From NCBI RefSeq assembly GCF_009834535.1, contig NC_045705.1, positions 32,054,001-32,118,000 on the forward strand: 64,000 nt of DNA. The letters are read 5' to 3'. Positions 1-12,859 of this stretch are shown here, piece after piece; position 1 is the first letter of the stretch, and each line of letters begins with the position of its first letter. The notes beneath the pieces are model-generated. The model did no database searches, was not told the origin of the DNA, and was given only the letters and a program-made list of their open reading frames with translations. The position numbers and the translations under genes were made by a program. Source of the DNA: Camelus ferus. Lineage: Eukaryota.

Positions 1-808
1 ACCTTCCGTTCTCAGAGGTTTGCGTATCCGTAGGCCTCCATCTCTCTGTAACTACGCCTTTATAGGTAATCCTGGACTTGGGAGGCTATTTTGAATTGCA
101 TTCCTTATTTTTAGATTGTGTTATACTCATGTAAGCTTGCAGAAATGATCTTCTCGTTTTCAGGCAAGGATTTAAAAAGCTTGCTTTGAACCAAATCCTT
201 CCTTGTTAGGAAGATTAGAGTAACTGTTTAATTACTGAAACAGTTATTTTTTTGGGTGGGCGGTTAAAACAACCTGTTAGATATGTACAACTTCTGGGTT
301 TTGAGAATCATAGATAATTTAAAAACAACAGAGCACTTTGAGAATACCAAAGGTGAGGTGATCTTAGTGAGATCTCTAGACCAGTATAAGGATTAGTCAC
401 GGAAGATGGGACATGCAGAGAGCTGTTGTGGAGTTTTACTTCTGGCTGCGTTCTTCCTGAAAGGCCGCCCCTGCCTTTTATTTACGTTAAAGTTGACATC
501 TCTAGCGCCCCTTGTTATACCCTTTTAGTGGTACTGAGCAGCCCAGAGGCGCGGGGTCATCCATGTTATTCTGTTTGGGTGCTATGGGGAGGAAGCTCTT
601 CTGTCGTTGTTGTTCTGAAATCATGTTCTTGTGGGGTTTTTTAAATTAATTAATTTTCTGCCTTGAAGACACAAGAAAGAGACCAGGGTTTCTCAAACAA
701 TTTAGCCTTGAAAATATTTGAATACACTGGTTGGAGTCCCCTTTTGTTTTTCTTCTGTATTTCAGACACCTTCAGGCCCTTGATGGTTTGTAAGATCTTC
801 TATCTCCC

Positions 809-884
809 ATATATATATACACATACATCTATAATTACTATATATATATATGTGTGTATATATATATACACACACACACACACA
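809..884 (+). repeat. Compound (TA)n/(TG)n/(CA)n microsatellite
   Basis: Directly visible. Confidence 0.9.
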
Positions 885-1700
885 TCTCACCTCTAATTAC
901 TTCATATTGCAAGGGAGTATACAATTATTCATGGTTACCGGGAGCCACTGACTTAATTGCAGTGAGATGCTGTCAAGAACACAATGCTCCCTTCTGAACT
1001 ACAATGAAAATGGTTACTACGTCTTTCTGTCTCCGTAAACTACTGTAATGCAACCAAATTGAATGTCATGATTATAATAATAGAACTGAATGAGTTTCTT
1101 TCACAACGGCTACACCTGTTTACAACCACCACTGCTTCATTACTACACACTTGTCTTGTTGGCGGGGAGCCCTGCCACAAGGTTCCACTCCTGGCACTGA
1201 TCCCAGTTACATTCTTTCTGCAACTGGTACCCCCTGGTTCTCCACTCTTTCTAGTACTGCTAACTGCATAAAGTCAATTTCTAAGTGATTGATAGAAACA
1301 TGAACATTCAAATTCCTATCTTGGCTCAGACTATCTTTTCTGATTAAAAATCCTTTTGTTTTTCTTTCTTAACCCTGCAATTCTATGTTAACCTTATAGT
1401 TCAACCCAAAGTTCAAAATCCTATCATGATTTTGCCAATCAGGAAATACCCTGGACATTACTCAAGCATCTCAACATGTGAAGAGCACCCTCGATGTGCT
1501 CGCAATGCAGAAAGGCATAGGATTTGTAAAAGCAAATTCTTGCTTCTCCCAGGGTGTTATAATCGGGTTATAATAACCACATTGCTGCGACCCACGATTT
1601 GGAAGACGCCTAGGTGCCTACATCCCTACTCAGAGGGCATCAGCCTGTTGCTCTGGAAACAATGGTTGCACCCTGAATAATCAAGAAGTAAATTCTATTG

Positions 1701-1872
1701 CACGGGTTGACAAACTACAACCCATAAGCCAGGCCTATCGGTTCATGTATTGTCTGTGACTGCATCCGTGCCTCAGGATGAAGAATCAACATGTTGAAAT
1801 TAAGACTACATGGCCCACAAAACCTAAAATATACACTGTCTGGCTTTTTCCAGGAAAAGTTTGCTGTACCTG
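1701..1872 (+). mobile_element. hAT-Charlie MITE, MER58A-like, internally deleted
   Basis: Termini cacgggttgacaaact...aaagtttgctgtacctg, internal ggcccacaaaacctaaaata, and an 8-bp target duplication ttctattg/ttctatta. Confidence 0.8.
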
Positions 1873-2333
1873 TTCTATTAAATCAAGTCACTGTAATTGA
1901 GATGTTTATCTGTTAAAATATGGTAGTTCCTCAAAAAAATAAATGCATTCTCCTTCCCATAAACTTAGATTACAAATTTAAAAAACAGAGTGCCAGCTCT
2001 TTTTTCAATTTCAAAAATAAATCTAAGAATTGAATAGAACTGTGTTCATGTTTGGAGAGTAATACAAACCTTATTATCTCAAAATCAGTGGTTTTCATAG
2101 AAAATGAAGCTCACAACACAATGTTAAATTAAAGAAAGGATAATGAACACTATAACTATAATATGGCATGTATTGTATAAGTTTTATTTCCAGATACACA
2201 CTGATGAATACATATTCATGTAGCAAAGGAAAACCCGGAAGTCAACAATGAGTAAGAATCTTTGGATTGTCGCCCAATAGCTGATTTTTCTTTTGTACAT
2301 TTCTGTATTTTTCCAGTGTTTAAAGACAAAATA

Positions 2334-2423
2334 GGGGAGTGGATTTAGCTCAGTGGTAGAGTGCATGGTCAGCACGCTTGAGGTCTGAGGTGCAATCCCC
2401 AGCACCTTTATTAAAAAGAAAAA
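2334..2423 (+). mobile_element. tRNA-Ala-derived SINE (camelid Vic-1-like)
   Basis: GGGGAGTGGATTTAGCTCAGTGGTAGAG head, degenerate B box, A-rich tail, and a 12-bp target duplication TTAAAGACAAAA at 2320-2331 and 2424-2435. Confidence 0.9.
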
Positions 2424-2564
2424 TTAAAGACAAAAGATATCTTGTTCAACATTTTAAAAAGACAATTGATTAGAGTTTATGATGAAATTATTCCCCAATC
2501 TTCAGAAGAAATCAAATATGACCAAAACATCACACAGGGAATTGCTTCATCTAATTGCTCTATT

Positions 2565-2901
2565 TCTCATCCCCAAGGCGAGAGTCAACAATATTCTCCA
2601 GGGTTAAGCTCCCTAAGGTTTTGATGGCATATAAACGTAGCAGTCTGGTGTTAGGGGTCAGCTTTTTGTCTCCTTTTCTCTTTGTCATCTCTGAGTTTAT
2701 TTTTTAATAGATTAGAGGAAAAAGTCATTATTCCTGAAATATTCATTGCAGTATACTGTAGATTTCTGTTCCTATTTTTTTTTCAGGTTTATTACTATAC
2801 TAAAAATAGTAGAATTCTCAGCAGGAATTTTTCTGGAATCCATTAATATTAGCAAACAAACTCCATTAAATGAATAAGTCAAATTCTGCACTCCGGTGAG
2901 T
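2565..2901 (+). promoter_or_regulatory. Candidate promoter and first exon of the OR5D3-like gene
   Basis: Three O/E(EBF)-like sites (atccccaagg, ttctccaggg, ctccctaagg, about 2568-2618), CATTAA homeodomain-like cores near 2840 and 2864, and a donor at 2896. Confidence 0.55.
2870..2895 (+). CDS. OR5D3: Putative first coding mini-exon (MNKSNSAL + CG) of the OR5D3-like receptor
   Basis: ATG AAT AAG TCA AAT TCT GCA CTC CG is followed by a GTGAGT donor at 2896. This phase-2 end joins the G at 5489 to make CGG and continues in frame into [11 protein letters not shown]. Confidence 0.75.
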
Positions 2902-5488
2902 TGATTCAATCCCTATTTCATTTTAAAAGGAAAATAGCACATGTGTAAAACTAACGGCCAGGTGACCTATTTAGTGCAGCTCACTAGAAGTATTCAGTTC
3001 CTTATCTTTCACCACATTTATCTCTTACGATTCACCAGCCTACATCACTGAGAAATGTTTCAGTTTTTCTCAGTTGCAATGTTCTTATCCTTTACTTTAT
3101 CCACACAAACTTAAATAACAAATAAGAAATGTGTGTTTCAATGTGTCTTTTGTGCTTATATGCATTATTCCCTGGAATGTTTCTCGTAAGGAAAAAAACT
3201 GAGAATGAGGCTCGTGTTTTATAATTGTATAGTTTCTGAAAAGCCTGTTATAGTACTGAGTGCATAGTGGGTCTACGATGTGAAAATCGTTCCAGGAGAG
3301 ATAACACCGGAAGGGAGAGAAACAGTGGACAGGACATTCGTGTTCTCAGCTGAACACGATCGACACTTCCTGGGGCTAAATGCAAGATTGTGAACGTTGG
3401 CCACCAATAAACACAGAGTGCAGGAGGTGAAACGCAGAGCCGCAGGTGTGGGGAAGATGTGTGCATGAGGAGGAACTGAATACGCATGGCGAAATGTCTT
3501 TATCTTTGATGGCGGTGATTTCCTTCTCAGTCCTGGCTACTCAGACTTTGTTTACAAGCACCACAGGGGATGAACACAGATTTGGGAAAAAGTCTCTTCA
3601 GTTACAGAATCTGCATTCTGTGTTTGAGTATTTAACTTAAAACTCAGTCTTTTTAAAAAGAGTTTTACATTAAACTGAAATATACTTTCAGGAAATCATA
3701 AATGTGATGAGGGATTAAATCACAAGTGTCAAATCAAAGGACAGTAAAGGAACAATTGAAGAAGAAAAAGCAGGGCTATGTGAATGATGTCCTTCTGTAT
3801 GTACAGGAAAACCTCAAGTGTGCATAGAGAGGGTAAAGGTGTAATAACTGGAAAACAAAACAGTGTTTGATTTCAGCTCCTGATAAGACAGGATTTTTAC
3901 AGAATTCTGTGTGGAATGAACATCCCTTTATGCAAAGTGCCATTTTAGGTTTCAGAAAGATTTGGAAGTGGCTTTGAGAAGAATGAATTATAGCAAAAAA
4001 TTACTGTAAAAAGAAAAAAAAAAACAGTTGAAGCGTTTTGGAGGAACACAGGCCTTTTTAAAAAAAAGAATTCAGTGCGTCCTTTTATCTCCATACGTAT
4101 CTTTATTTTATGCTAATTCAGGAAGCTCAGGGCCCAGGAAGTTTGCACAGTGGCTGCTGTTTCCTAGGACTCCAGGTGTGTCTCAGTGCACTGTGAGTTC
4201 ACAGCATGCTGCTGCCTTAGTAGGCAAGTCTAACTTCTTTAATATTATTATAATATTATTACAATTAGAGTATTATGAGAGTTTTTACCCCAATATGCTT
4301 ATTATATACCTAGACTTTAGTCACTCACATACTCATATATTTATTTATTCAATACATATTATTGAGTGCCTACTTTCTTCCATCTTTGTTTGCATGAATT
4401 TGATTTTGCTGTGGAACAGACAATGATAAAATGGTAAATGACAGAAAATAAGTACAATGTCTACTAGGTTACAGATGTGGCTGAAGTTGTAATTTTTGAG
4501 GGCTGACAATAGTTGACGGAGTAGGACCATGGCCATCGGTCAAGTAGAGAGAAAATTATTGGATAAGATCATGAAGATAACAGTATAGGGCACTGAAAGA
4601 GTTACCTTTATGTCTGTGGAAACCTACTCAGAGCAAGAAAATCTTTAACTCAGTAGAAAACCACGGTCTAATCATACATCAGAAAGCAGTGCCCCATCTT
4701 TGGGAGTTTTGAGTTAGAGTAAGTTGACCATTTAATAATGATGTTGTAGGAAGTTCTCTGGCATAAGAAAAATAGTGTGAAGAGAATATAATTAAGTTTA
4801 TTTCTACCACGAGTCTCTTTAACTACTTGATAGAACAAGATGTAACAGTAACAGATTTTACAATTTTGATAATTAGATAAATGTAGCTGATGAAGTACAT
4901 TATTCTTCTGCAGGAAATTTCTAAAATATGAGGAGAGAAATGTGACTGAGTGTTAAGTAGTTAACTGGAAAGGTAAATTCAGTAATAGCTACACCAACCG
5001 TAGTTAAAAAAAAGCAAAATAAAGTAACTTGACCATTGTGCTGGGTCAATAATTCTCTTTTGAGTTCTAATTTCTCACAGTTAAATAAGTTAGGCAAGGA
5101 AGAAATTGTAAAAATGTATGATACACATTTCTTTCAAGAGCAGGACTTTAGCTGTCTCATATTCATGCAAAAAGCTACACTGATCTGTCTCATGAAACCA
5201 GCTGCCTCTGAGGGGACTGGATCTGATCATTTGAAATATAACAGGTCAACTCCATTGTTCCACTTTTCTCAACTTATTTTTCCATTTGCACAAATTTTAT
5301 ACTCACCCTATAATGGTGACATTAGTAAATTCTAGCTTTTAAAATAAGTTTAAGAATTGAAATCAAGTATTTTCCACAACACTACTTACAGATATTCACC
5401 AAGTCTCTTGACATTTCCTCATTTTAGCCATCCATGTCCAAATTTTGCTCCTCATGTCACTGAACCAACTTTCATATTTTGTCCACAG

Positions 5489-6431
5489 GAACCAAGAGAA
5501 TCAGAGTGCTGAGGTCACTTTCATTCTCTCGGGCTTCTCAGAGTACCCGGAACTCCAGCTGCCCCTCCTCCTGGTGTTCCTGACCGTCTACACGGTCACG
5601 GTGCTGGGCAACCTGGGCGTGGTCCTGACTATCAAGCTCAGTCCCAGACTCCACACCCCCATGTACTTCTTCCTCAGCCACTTGTCCTTTGCTGACTTCT
5701 GTTACTCTACAGTGGTTACACCCAAACTGCTGGAAAACTTGGTTGTAGAAGACAGAACTGTCTCCTTCACAGGATGCATCCTGCAGTTCTTCTTTGCCTG
5801 CATGTTTGTTGTGACAGAGACTTACACGTTGGCAGCGATGGCCTATGACCGATTTGTGGCCGTTTGTAGCCCTCTTCTCTACGCAGCTGTGATGTCTCAG
5901 AAGCGCTGTTCCTTGTTGGTGGCTGCGTCATACTCTTGGAGTGTGGCTTGTTCCCTAACGTGCACATACTTTTTGTTGACCTTATCCTTTTGTGGGTCTA
6001 ACATCATAAATAACTTTGTGTGTGAATACTCCGCCATTGTTGCTGTTTCCTGCTCTGACCCCTACATTAGCCAGAAGGTCCTTTTAGTCTCTGCCACATT
6101 CAATGAAGTAAGCAGCCTGATGATCATTCTCACTTCCTATGTTTTCATTTTTATCACTGTCATGAAGATGCCTTCCACTGGGGGGCGCCACAAAGCCTTC
6201 TCCACCTGTGCCTCCCACCTGACCGCCGTCACCATCTTCCACGGGACCATCCTCTTTCTCTACTGTGTCCCTAACTCCAAAAGTTCATGGCTCATGGTCA
6301 AGGTGGCCTCTGTCTTTTACACCGTGGTCATCCCCATGCTGAACCCTCTGATCTACAGCCTCAGGAACAAAGATGTGAAGGAGTCAGTGAAGAAATTAAT
6401 CAATATTAAATTGTTCTGTGAAAAAGTGTAA
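5489..6431 (+). CDS. OR5D3: Olfactory receptor OR5D3-like, main coding exon (322 aa when spliced to the 2870-2895 exon)
   Basis: Intact frame with [33 protein letters not shown] and [16 protein letters not shown]. Acceptor ttttgtccacAG ends at 5488. There is no ATG between 5489 and 5661. VSATFNE and [13 protein letters not shown] resemble human OR5D3P as I recall it; the symbol is from memory. Confidence 0.85.
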
Positions 6432-9400
6432 AGCTAGAAAATATTCATTATTTCTTTTTGAGAGTACTGTCAGGGTTTTTCAGTAGCAAATCAATACACA
6501 AATCTTGCTAACCTTGCAACTGAAAGTCCAAGATATGTTCACTCTTATGTGTAATGAAATCACTTTAAAATGACAATCGTAGGAATAAAAGACTTCTCAA
6601 AGTAAATTTTTGTTTCAGATTATGAACCATAAAGGTTTCTATGTTAATACACATGACCATGTGATTGTCCTGGACCAATTTTCATTCAATTAAGTCATGT
6701 GAAGTGTAGGATTTTTCAGATGATCTGAAGCGTTAGAGCTTATAATGAGGAAGCTTACTTCTCAATATGAATGTAGTAATTACGAGCAGTTTGACATAAA
6801 CACTAAATATCTTTTTTGTTATTCATTTATTTGTATTGATGTGTAGTAATATCTTTTAAGGAATGTGTATTTAATTCCACAAGAATAATTTTGGTAGTGG
6901 AAGATTCCCAGGCAAAAAAAATAAATAAATAAATCGGAAATATATCTCACATAAAACATCCAGATACGGTACAGTTAAATTATAACTGGCAACCATAACC
7001 ACAGTGCCACTATGTGCTAGTGCAAGAAAATGATGCGCATTTTGGAGCTATATGCCCATCAATCTGGTTTTTCCACTTAAGTCAATGTGGTTTTACTTTA
7101 TTTACTTCTTTATTGGAAATTTGATTGAGATACTTTTAGATTCACTTGAAGTTGTAAAAAAATAATATAGAGAGATCCCAATATCTTTTACCGTTTTCCC
7201 CATGATAGTATAATGTGGTAACCATGATATTGATCAAGATACATTACACAGATCTAACTGAGCACGTTACTTATTGATAGAAAGAAAACAATTGTGAGCT
7301 CCAGTAGGAGGCAGCAGTAGGAATCCTTCTGAATCCCTGGCTGCGCTGAGGTGGCTCCGCTGAGACTGGCTGAGCCCCTTGTGCATCGAGGCCGAGCTGA
7401 CTGCATCAGCCAGTCTTCACTCTGTACACCTGTGTGCACGTCATCTTCCTTGGGCCATTTGGCTAATGGCCTATGTTGAAAGCTGAGTCACATTAAATTA
7501 TCTCAGACAACAAAATAATATTTCAAGTTCCTGTTTGGAGTCTCACCTGTTGATGTTTTATGAGTCAAAGAAAACCATGTGGCTAAGCCCAAAATTAAGC
7601 TGCAACATAGTTATCTGCTTCTGGTAGAGCTGAAATGTTATGGGCCAGGAGTATAGGGCGACCTGAAGAATTCAGCTCAAAATCTGCGAAAGATTGATGA
7701 AAGCATTTACCTCATCAAAAACATCCTTCCTTGATAATGTCAGATAACTCAATGCAGATAACAGATAATCCATGACTATGATAGGTTTTACCAAAGTTTT
7801 AAAATAAATGATAGATCATTGGATTGCTTTAAGCAAATAATTGGTTGAAATTAAATATAATAACTTGCCTTTTCTAATTGTGTGTTACCAATCATGATAA
7901 AGATTTACAAGAAAAGAGTAAGAAGAGATGCATGTGTTGTGGTTCTATTAGTTTCTTGATCTAGGACACCTGTCTCCATCTTTCTATATTCTGTTAATTC
8001 GAACATCCCCAATTCTAGGGAAGTTAGCTCTTTCCTGCACTAATCATCACTGTGTCATATCAGGTTTCTTTCTTTTTTCTTTTTTAAATCAACTTTTCAA
8101 CACATGCTTAAATAATTTCCTTTCATAACCTCCTGGTGAGGTTTATATTTTCCCAAATAAGCCCAGATTAGTAGTGGTAATTTTTTGAAATAAACCTTCA
8201 AAGATGAGTATTTGGACATATCCTTGGCCTTGAAGGCAGTACTAAGCACCATGCAAATAAAAATGGAATTCCAGTAACCCATAGTCTGTAGTAACAGCAT
8301 GGTTTATTAAATTAGCCTTTTGAATGATTGTGATATAGTGGTCCCTGAATGAAGTATCTTGAAAAAATCACGTAGCTGATGCAGAATTCTTGTCATGGAA
8401 GACATGGTGGCCACAAGAAATGGGAAGGAGAGGGGTATGGATTCTGGCTTCTTCTGATTGCCCTAGAGAACTTACAGAAAAAAAAAAAAAATCCAAAATT
8501 CTGGGCATCAAAACTTTGGCAGAATTAACCATAAGAGAACGTGAAATATTTTTGATAGCCCCAAAGAATCTTCCTTTTTCTAAGCCACTGAGAAAATTTC
8601 CTAAATTTCATTGTGATAAAATTATGTGTCAGAAATTATATACTTCTCAACATGTGCTAATAATTTTATTGATGATGTGGTCTGCAGAGATCTGGGGTAC
8701 CCCTGGCATTCCAGTCTACTTTGCTATTTCCCTTTATTGTCTGTCAAAGTCTTTTGGTTATAGTCAATTTTTCTATCCCAGGCAAATGATAGATTTCTCC
8801 CTTTTGAAAACATTTTTTTTTTTAGCAATTTGACTGGGTTCATATACTTTTTCTAATATCTCTCTAGCTTTGAACCTCAACATGTCTCCTGAAAAGTAAT
8901 GTCCTACAGCTTAATTTTCCCCTCTTTTAATTTCTCCTTTGTTTTCTCTCTCTGCAGCCTATTGCTGCAGTAAGGAAAAAAAGACAAATTTTATAAATAA
9001 ATGCATTCTCTCATTTATCACTTGATCAAGAATATTTGGCACCCACTGGCTCAACAAATCTTTAACTTTTGAATTTTGCAGTACTTTATTGAAATATTTC
9101 TATATTTTTAACACACAAAGATAGCATATTACACATAATTAAGACATCCATTTTTTTTATTTATTTGGATAATGGAATCTCCAAACCCTCTCTTGGGACA
9201 GCCATAGTCTGGGTTTCTGAATCTAAAAACACCATCAGAACTTATGAAATTAAGGTCTTGAAGCTTTAACAAAACCACGCATTGGAGGATGAAAACAAGT
9301 TAGTACCACACACACACAGTTCTTTCTTTAACTAAAACCTGCATGCAATTCTGAACAAAATTTGGAGGGTAAAAATTTAGAATTATAGCATGACAATATA

Positions 9401-10329
9401 TAGAATCAATAGTATTAAAAGTAGGACTTGTTGCACTAATTTTTTTTTTCTGCCCACATGGACTTCAGCTATCTTACTCTTTCGGTTTTGCTCTCTAATG
9501 CAGATAGAGAAATTTGTAAAAGAAAAAAAAATCTGTAAATAGAAAAAAAAGTCTCTGTTTCAAGTGATCTTTTTAAAAATAATCCTTTGGTTGGATTTAA
9601 AAGCACTTTTGATGATTTAATCCCTGACAAGCTTTTAGTTGAAAGATCAACTGCTTTCACGTAGGCCAACCAAGAGATGCTCAAGCAGGTAAGCAGATAC
9701 TGTCTTTTTTCTTAGCCACTCCATATTAAAAATAGCTTACACTTGCAAATGTGAACCTCAATTAGGTGCTGAGTTGTGGACTACCACTTTGGTTTAACCT
9801 TTCAGTATTAGCTGCAGAAGAATTATCAACCCCTTTAAACAATACGTGTAACCTTTGTTTTCCGACGCCCCTACATATGCACGTATCTCAGGACTTCCTA
9901 ATCAGGAAAGTGTGTGGTGTAATTGCATTGGGTCAATATTTAGCCTCTGTGGCTGTCCTGAAGGGAAACAGCTGGACCCACGACCATGACCAGGATGCCT
10001 AAAATACCCCCACCCTCCCAACCCCCAACTCTATCAACCCCCAGCTGAAAGCATGCGCATTCCGGATGGAACAAAAAACATTGCGAATCTATATAAATAC
10101 ACGTCCAGACATAAGACTAAATAAACACATCCTATCAGCCACAATTATGTTAAGGTCATTAGAAAATATATTGTAAATTTTTTTATGATTTTAAGAAGTA
10201 TCATCTCTATATAGTGATCAATATTTTTAAGGCATAGGCAACATGTCAATGAGTCAGTTACACTCTAAGTTGAAGAAGAGGAAGTTTGCGTTAATTATTT
10301 TCTTTGTACCTCATGACAGTAAACTCTGT

Positions 10330-10660
10330 CAGAATTCTCCAAGGTCTATGTCCCCAAGGTTAGGCAGTTAGATATAAAACAAATAACACAATCATAGAGT
10401 ATAATTTCTAGGTCTGTCTATTCCTCAAGGGTATCTCCCTGCTCCTTTCACAATTTCCTGATAGTTGGAAAAACGACATTTTTTGGTATCTTTACTAATT
10501 ACATTTTGTAAGAATCATCAACTTTCTGATTAAAAGACTGGAAATATTTAAACAAAATTTTCAATTTTGAGACAGAGTATGTATGCAGCTTATTCATCCC
10601 AGCAAGGAAGCCATCAATAAACATACATCAGGAAAAGATGGCATTTGGTGAGTTGATTCA
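10330..10660 (+). promoter_or_regulatory. Candidate promoter and first exon of OR gene 2
   Basis: O/E-like ttctccaagg (10335), tccccaagg (10351) and ttcctcaaggg (10421). The donor context GGTGAGTTGATTCA at 10647 is identical to 2895-2908. Confidence 0.5.
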
Positions 10661-11210
10661 GCTTGGGATCATCTTTCATTCTGATCTCAGGGATTTTGGA
10701 ATCCAGCAAATTCTTGGCAGGGGAAATGTGTGTGAGCCGAGTCACAGCAATATTTACTTAGTTCATGGCTTATGTTCAGTAGGCTAATTTCTACTTTTAT
10801 TATCTGAGGACCATTGTCCTAAAACTGAAAATATGTCTCTGATCGCTATGTTAAGCCCATTAGGGGCTAATAGAAGAAACGGTAAGTGTAAGTCTTATCC
10901 TAAAAAAGTGATATTATTCAGAGAAAAAGCTAATGCACATTCAAATGTGCATGCATACACACAGAAACACATACACACATAATAAATAGCAAAATATGCT
11001 AAGCATTGTGTAAACATAATGATGTTATATGTGAAAAGAAAGTGCAGTAAGAGAAACATTTAAACAGCAAAGTTTTCTTGGAAGAGTTAGGTAGTAATTT
11101 GTGAAATGGTGACACAATGGGGGGAAAAGTGGGATCTCAGTGGGATAAATGGTTGAAGATTGGAAGATGTGAATGACTTGGTTTTGTACAATAAAGGTTT
11201 AAAATAGGGT

Positions 11211-11340
11211 GGGGAGGGTATACTCAGTAGTGGAGCGCATGCTTAGCATGCAGGAGGTCCCAGGTTCAATCCCCAGTACCTCCATTAAAAAAAAAGTATT
11301 AAGTAAATAACTAAACCTAATTACCCAACCCCCCAAAATA
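11211..11340 (+). mobile_element. tRNA-Ala-derived SINE (Vic-1-like)
   Basis: GGGGAGGGTATA...GCATGCTTAGCATGC...GGTTCAATCCCCAGTACCTCC followed by an A tract and a CCTAATTACC/C-rich tail. Confidence 0.9.
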
Positions 11341-12764
11341 ATACTTCTATGAGGTAAGTAGTTTTGTATTGACAACAGGATGTGGTTAGGTAGTTCCTAG
11401 AAGTATTACAGAAATCTAAGCTGAAACATTTTAATTTGATTCATTTAGCCTAAAATGCCTTCAAAAGTACTTATACTATTACATACCAGGTTAAGAAAGT
11501 CATTAAAGTTAATCTTATAGGTTGGACTGTGGTTGATAGGATAGTTGGAAACCTTATGTCTGGATGATTAGATAGCTAATAACAATGTAAATAAAGAAGG
11601 AGATACACGTTGAAAATTTCTCCTTTTGAATTTTTCTCTGATTGCCTTTCCCACAGTCAAAGATATGAAATGACAAAAAAAGTCAGACAGAACAAGATGG
11701 AGTTTGGAAAACCAGGGGAAAATGAAGACTACATGTAGGTAAATTAGAAATGCAGACAACCGTGACTCTCAGATTGAGGGAAAATCTAAATTTAAAAGGA
11801 ATCCAGGATATAAAACCCTTCTTAAAATCACATGGCAAATGTGCATGGAAAGACATTTTAAACACTTGGAACTGATGGCATTTTCTTGGAAAAAACAACA
11901 TTAGAAAATTCAGGTGGAAGGGAGCTTTAACTAAGTGTAGGACATGTTCTCAAATAATTTAAAGGCACACCTGATTTGAGACTTCTGCACTAAGCATTAA
12001 ATGACCAAGGATAGTCCTGTTGTTAGCATTTCATAGATGATAAAATTGAGGTTCATAAAATTAACAGTTTGCTAAAGCTACATATGTAATAAGGGACCAA
12101 GGCTGAATGAGCATTAATTAAATTAATTTAATTTAGGAATATGCTTCCTAATTTTGAGCCTTATAAATGACCATTTGGTGGGAGAGAGAACTTAGTTACT
12201 AGTGGAGTTTTTGAGGAGACCACTTGTAGATCCTGTTAAGTAGATGTTCTATGAGTCCTTAATAATGGGATATACTTAGAACAGCTAAACATTCAATCTA
12301 CCAATACAGACTTGTGAATGGAGAATACTTCTTTCTCCAAAGAAATTTACTAAACATGTTCTTCCTTATGTATTAAAAGTGTTGACTCTTCCTAAGGTCA
12401 CTTCTGCCATGATCATGGAGCTCAATTTTTTTTTTTTCTTGATTTCACTGTGTCTCCTTTGTTTTATCATGGGGCTATTCAATGCTCTAAGTATCACCTA
12501 CATTTAGAAATCATTTATATAAAATAATGCTATTCATAATTACTATTTTCTTCTTCTTTTCCAGATGAGGAAACGAAAGTTCTGAGGGATAAAGTGAATT
12601 GCCCATAATCAAATTCAGTTAAGTTGTCATGTAAGACTTTAAATGGAAGCTTTCAGAACCCTTGTGGGTTCACGATGACCATGTTGCCTTCATTAGTTTA
12701 GGTTGAGCTGTCCTGAGTTCCTCTTCCTCCACCTTCTCATGTTCTGCTGCTCAATATCAATCCC

Positions 12765-12797
12765 TTTCATTCATTTATTCATTTATTCATCTATTCA

Positions 12798-12844
<47 letters not shown>
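12765..12844 (+). repeat. (ATTC/ATTT)n grading into (ACTT)11 microsatellite
   Basis: Perfect ACTT x11 at 12801-12844, ending 15 nt before the ATG of OR gene 2. Confidence 0.97.
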
Positions 12845-12845
<1 letters not shown>

Positions 12846-12859
12846 AAAAATCCAGAGCC

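Noticed and set aside
900-1680. Possible ERVL or other coding remnant
   Set aside because: I could not match a family or protein motif by eye, so it is left unannotated.
2334-2410. tRNA-Ala genes at 2334, 11211 and 44495
   Set aside because: Stems and boxes are degenerate, and they carry A-rich tails and (in two cases) target duplications, so they are SINEs.
5445-5488. ORF-track N-terminus [14 protein letters not shown] for gene 1, or calling gene 1 a start-loss pseudogene
   Set aside because: It starts at TTG in intron-like sequence upstream of a clear acceptor. The in-frame upstream mini-exon explains the gene better.
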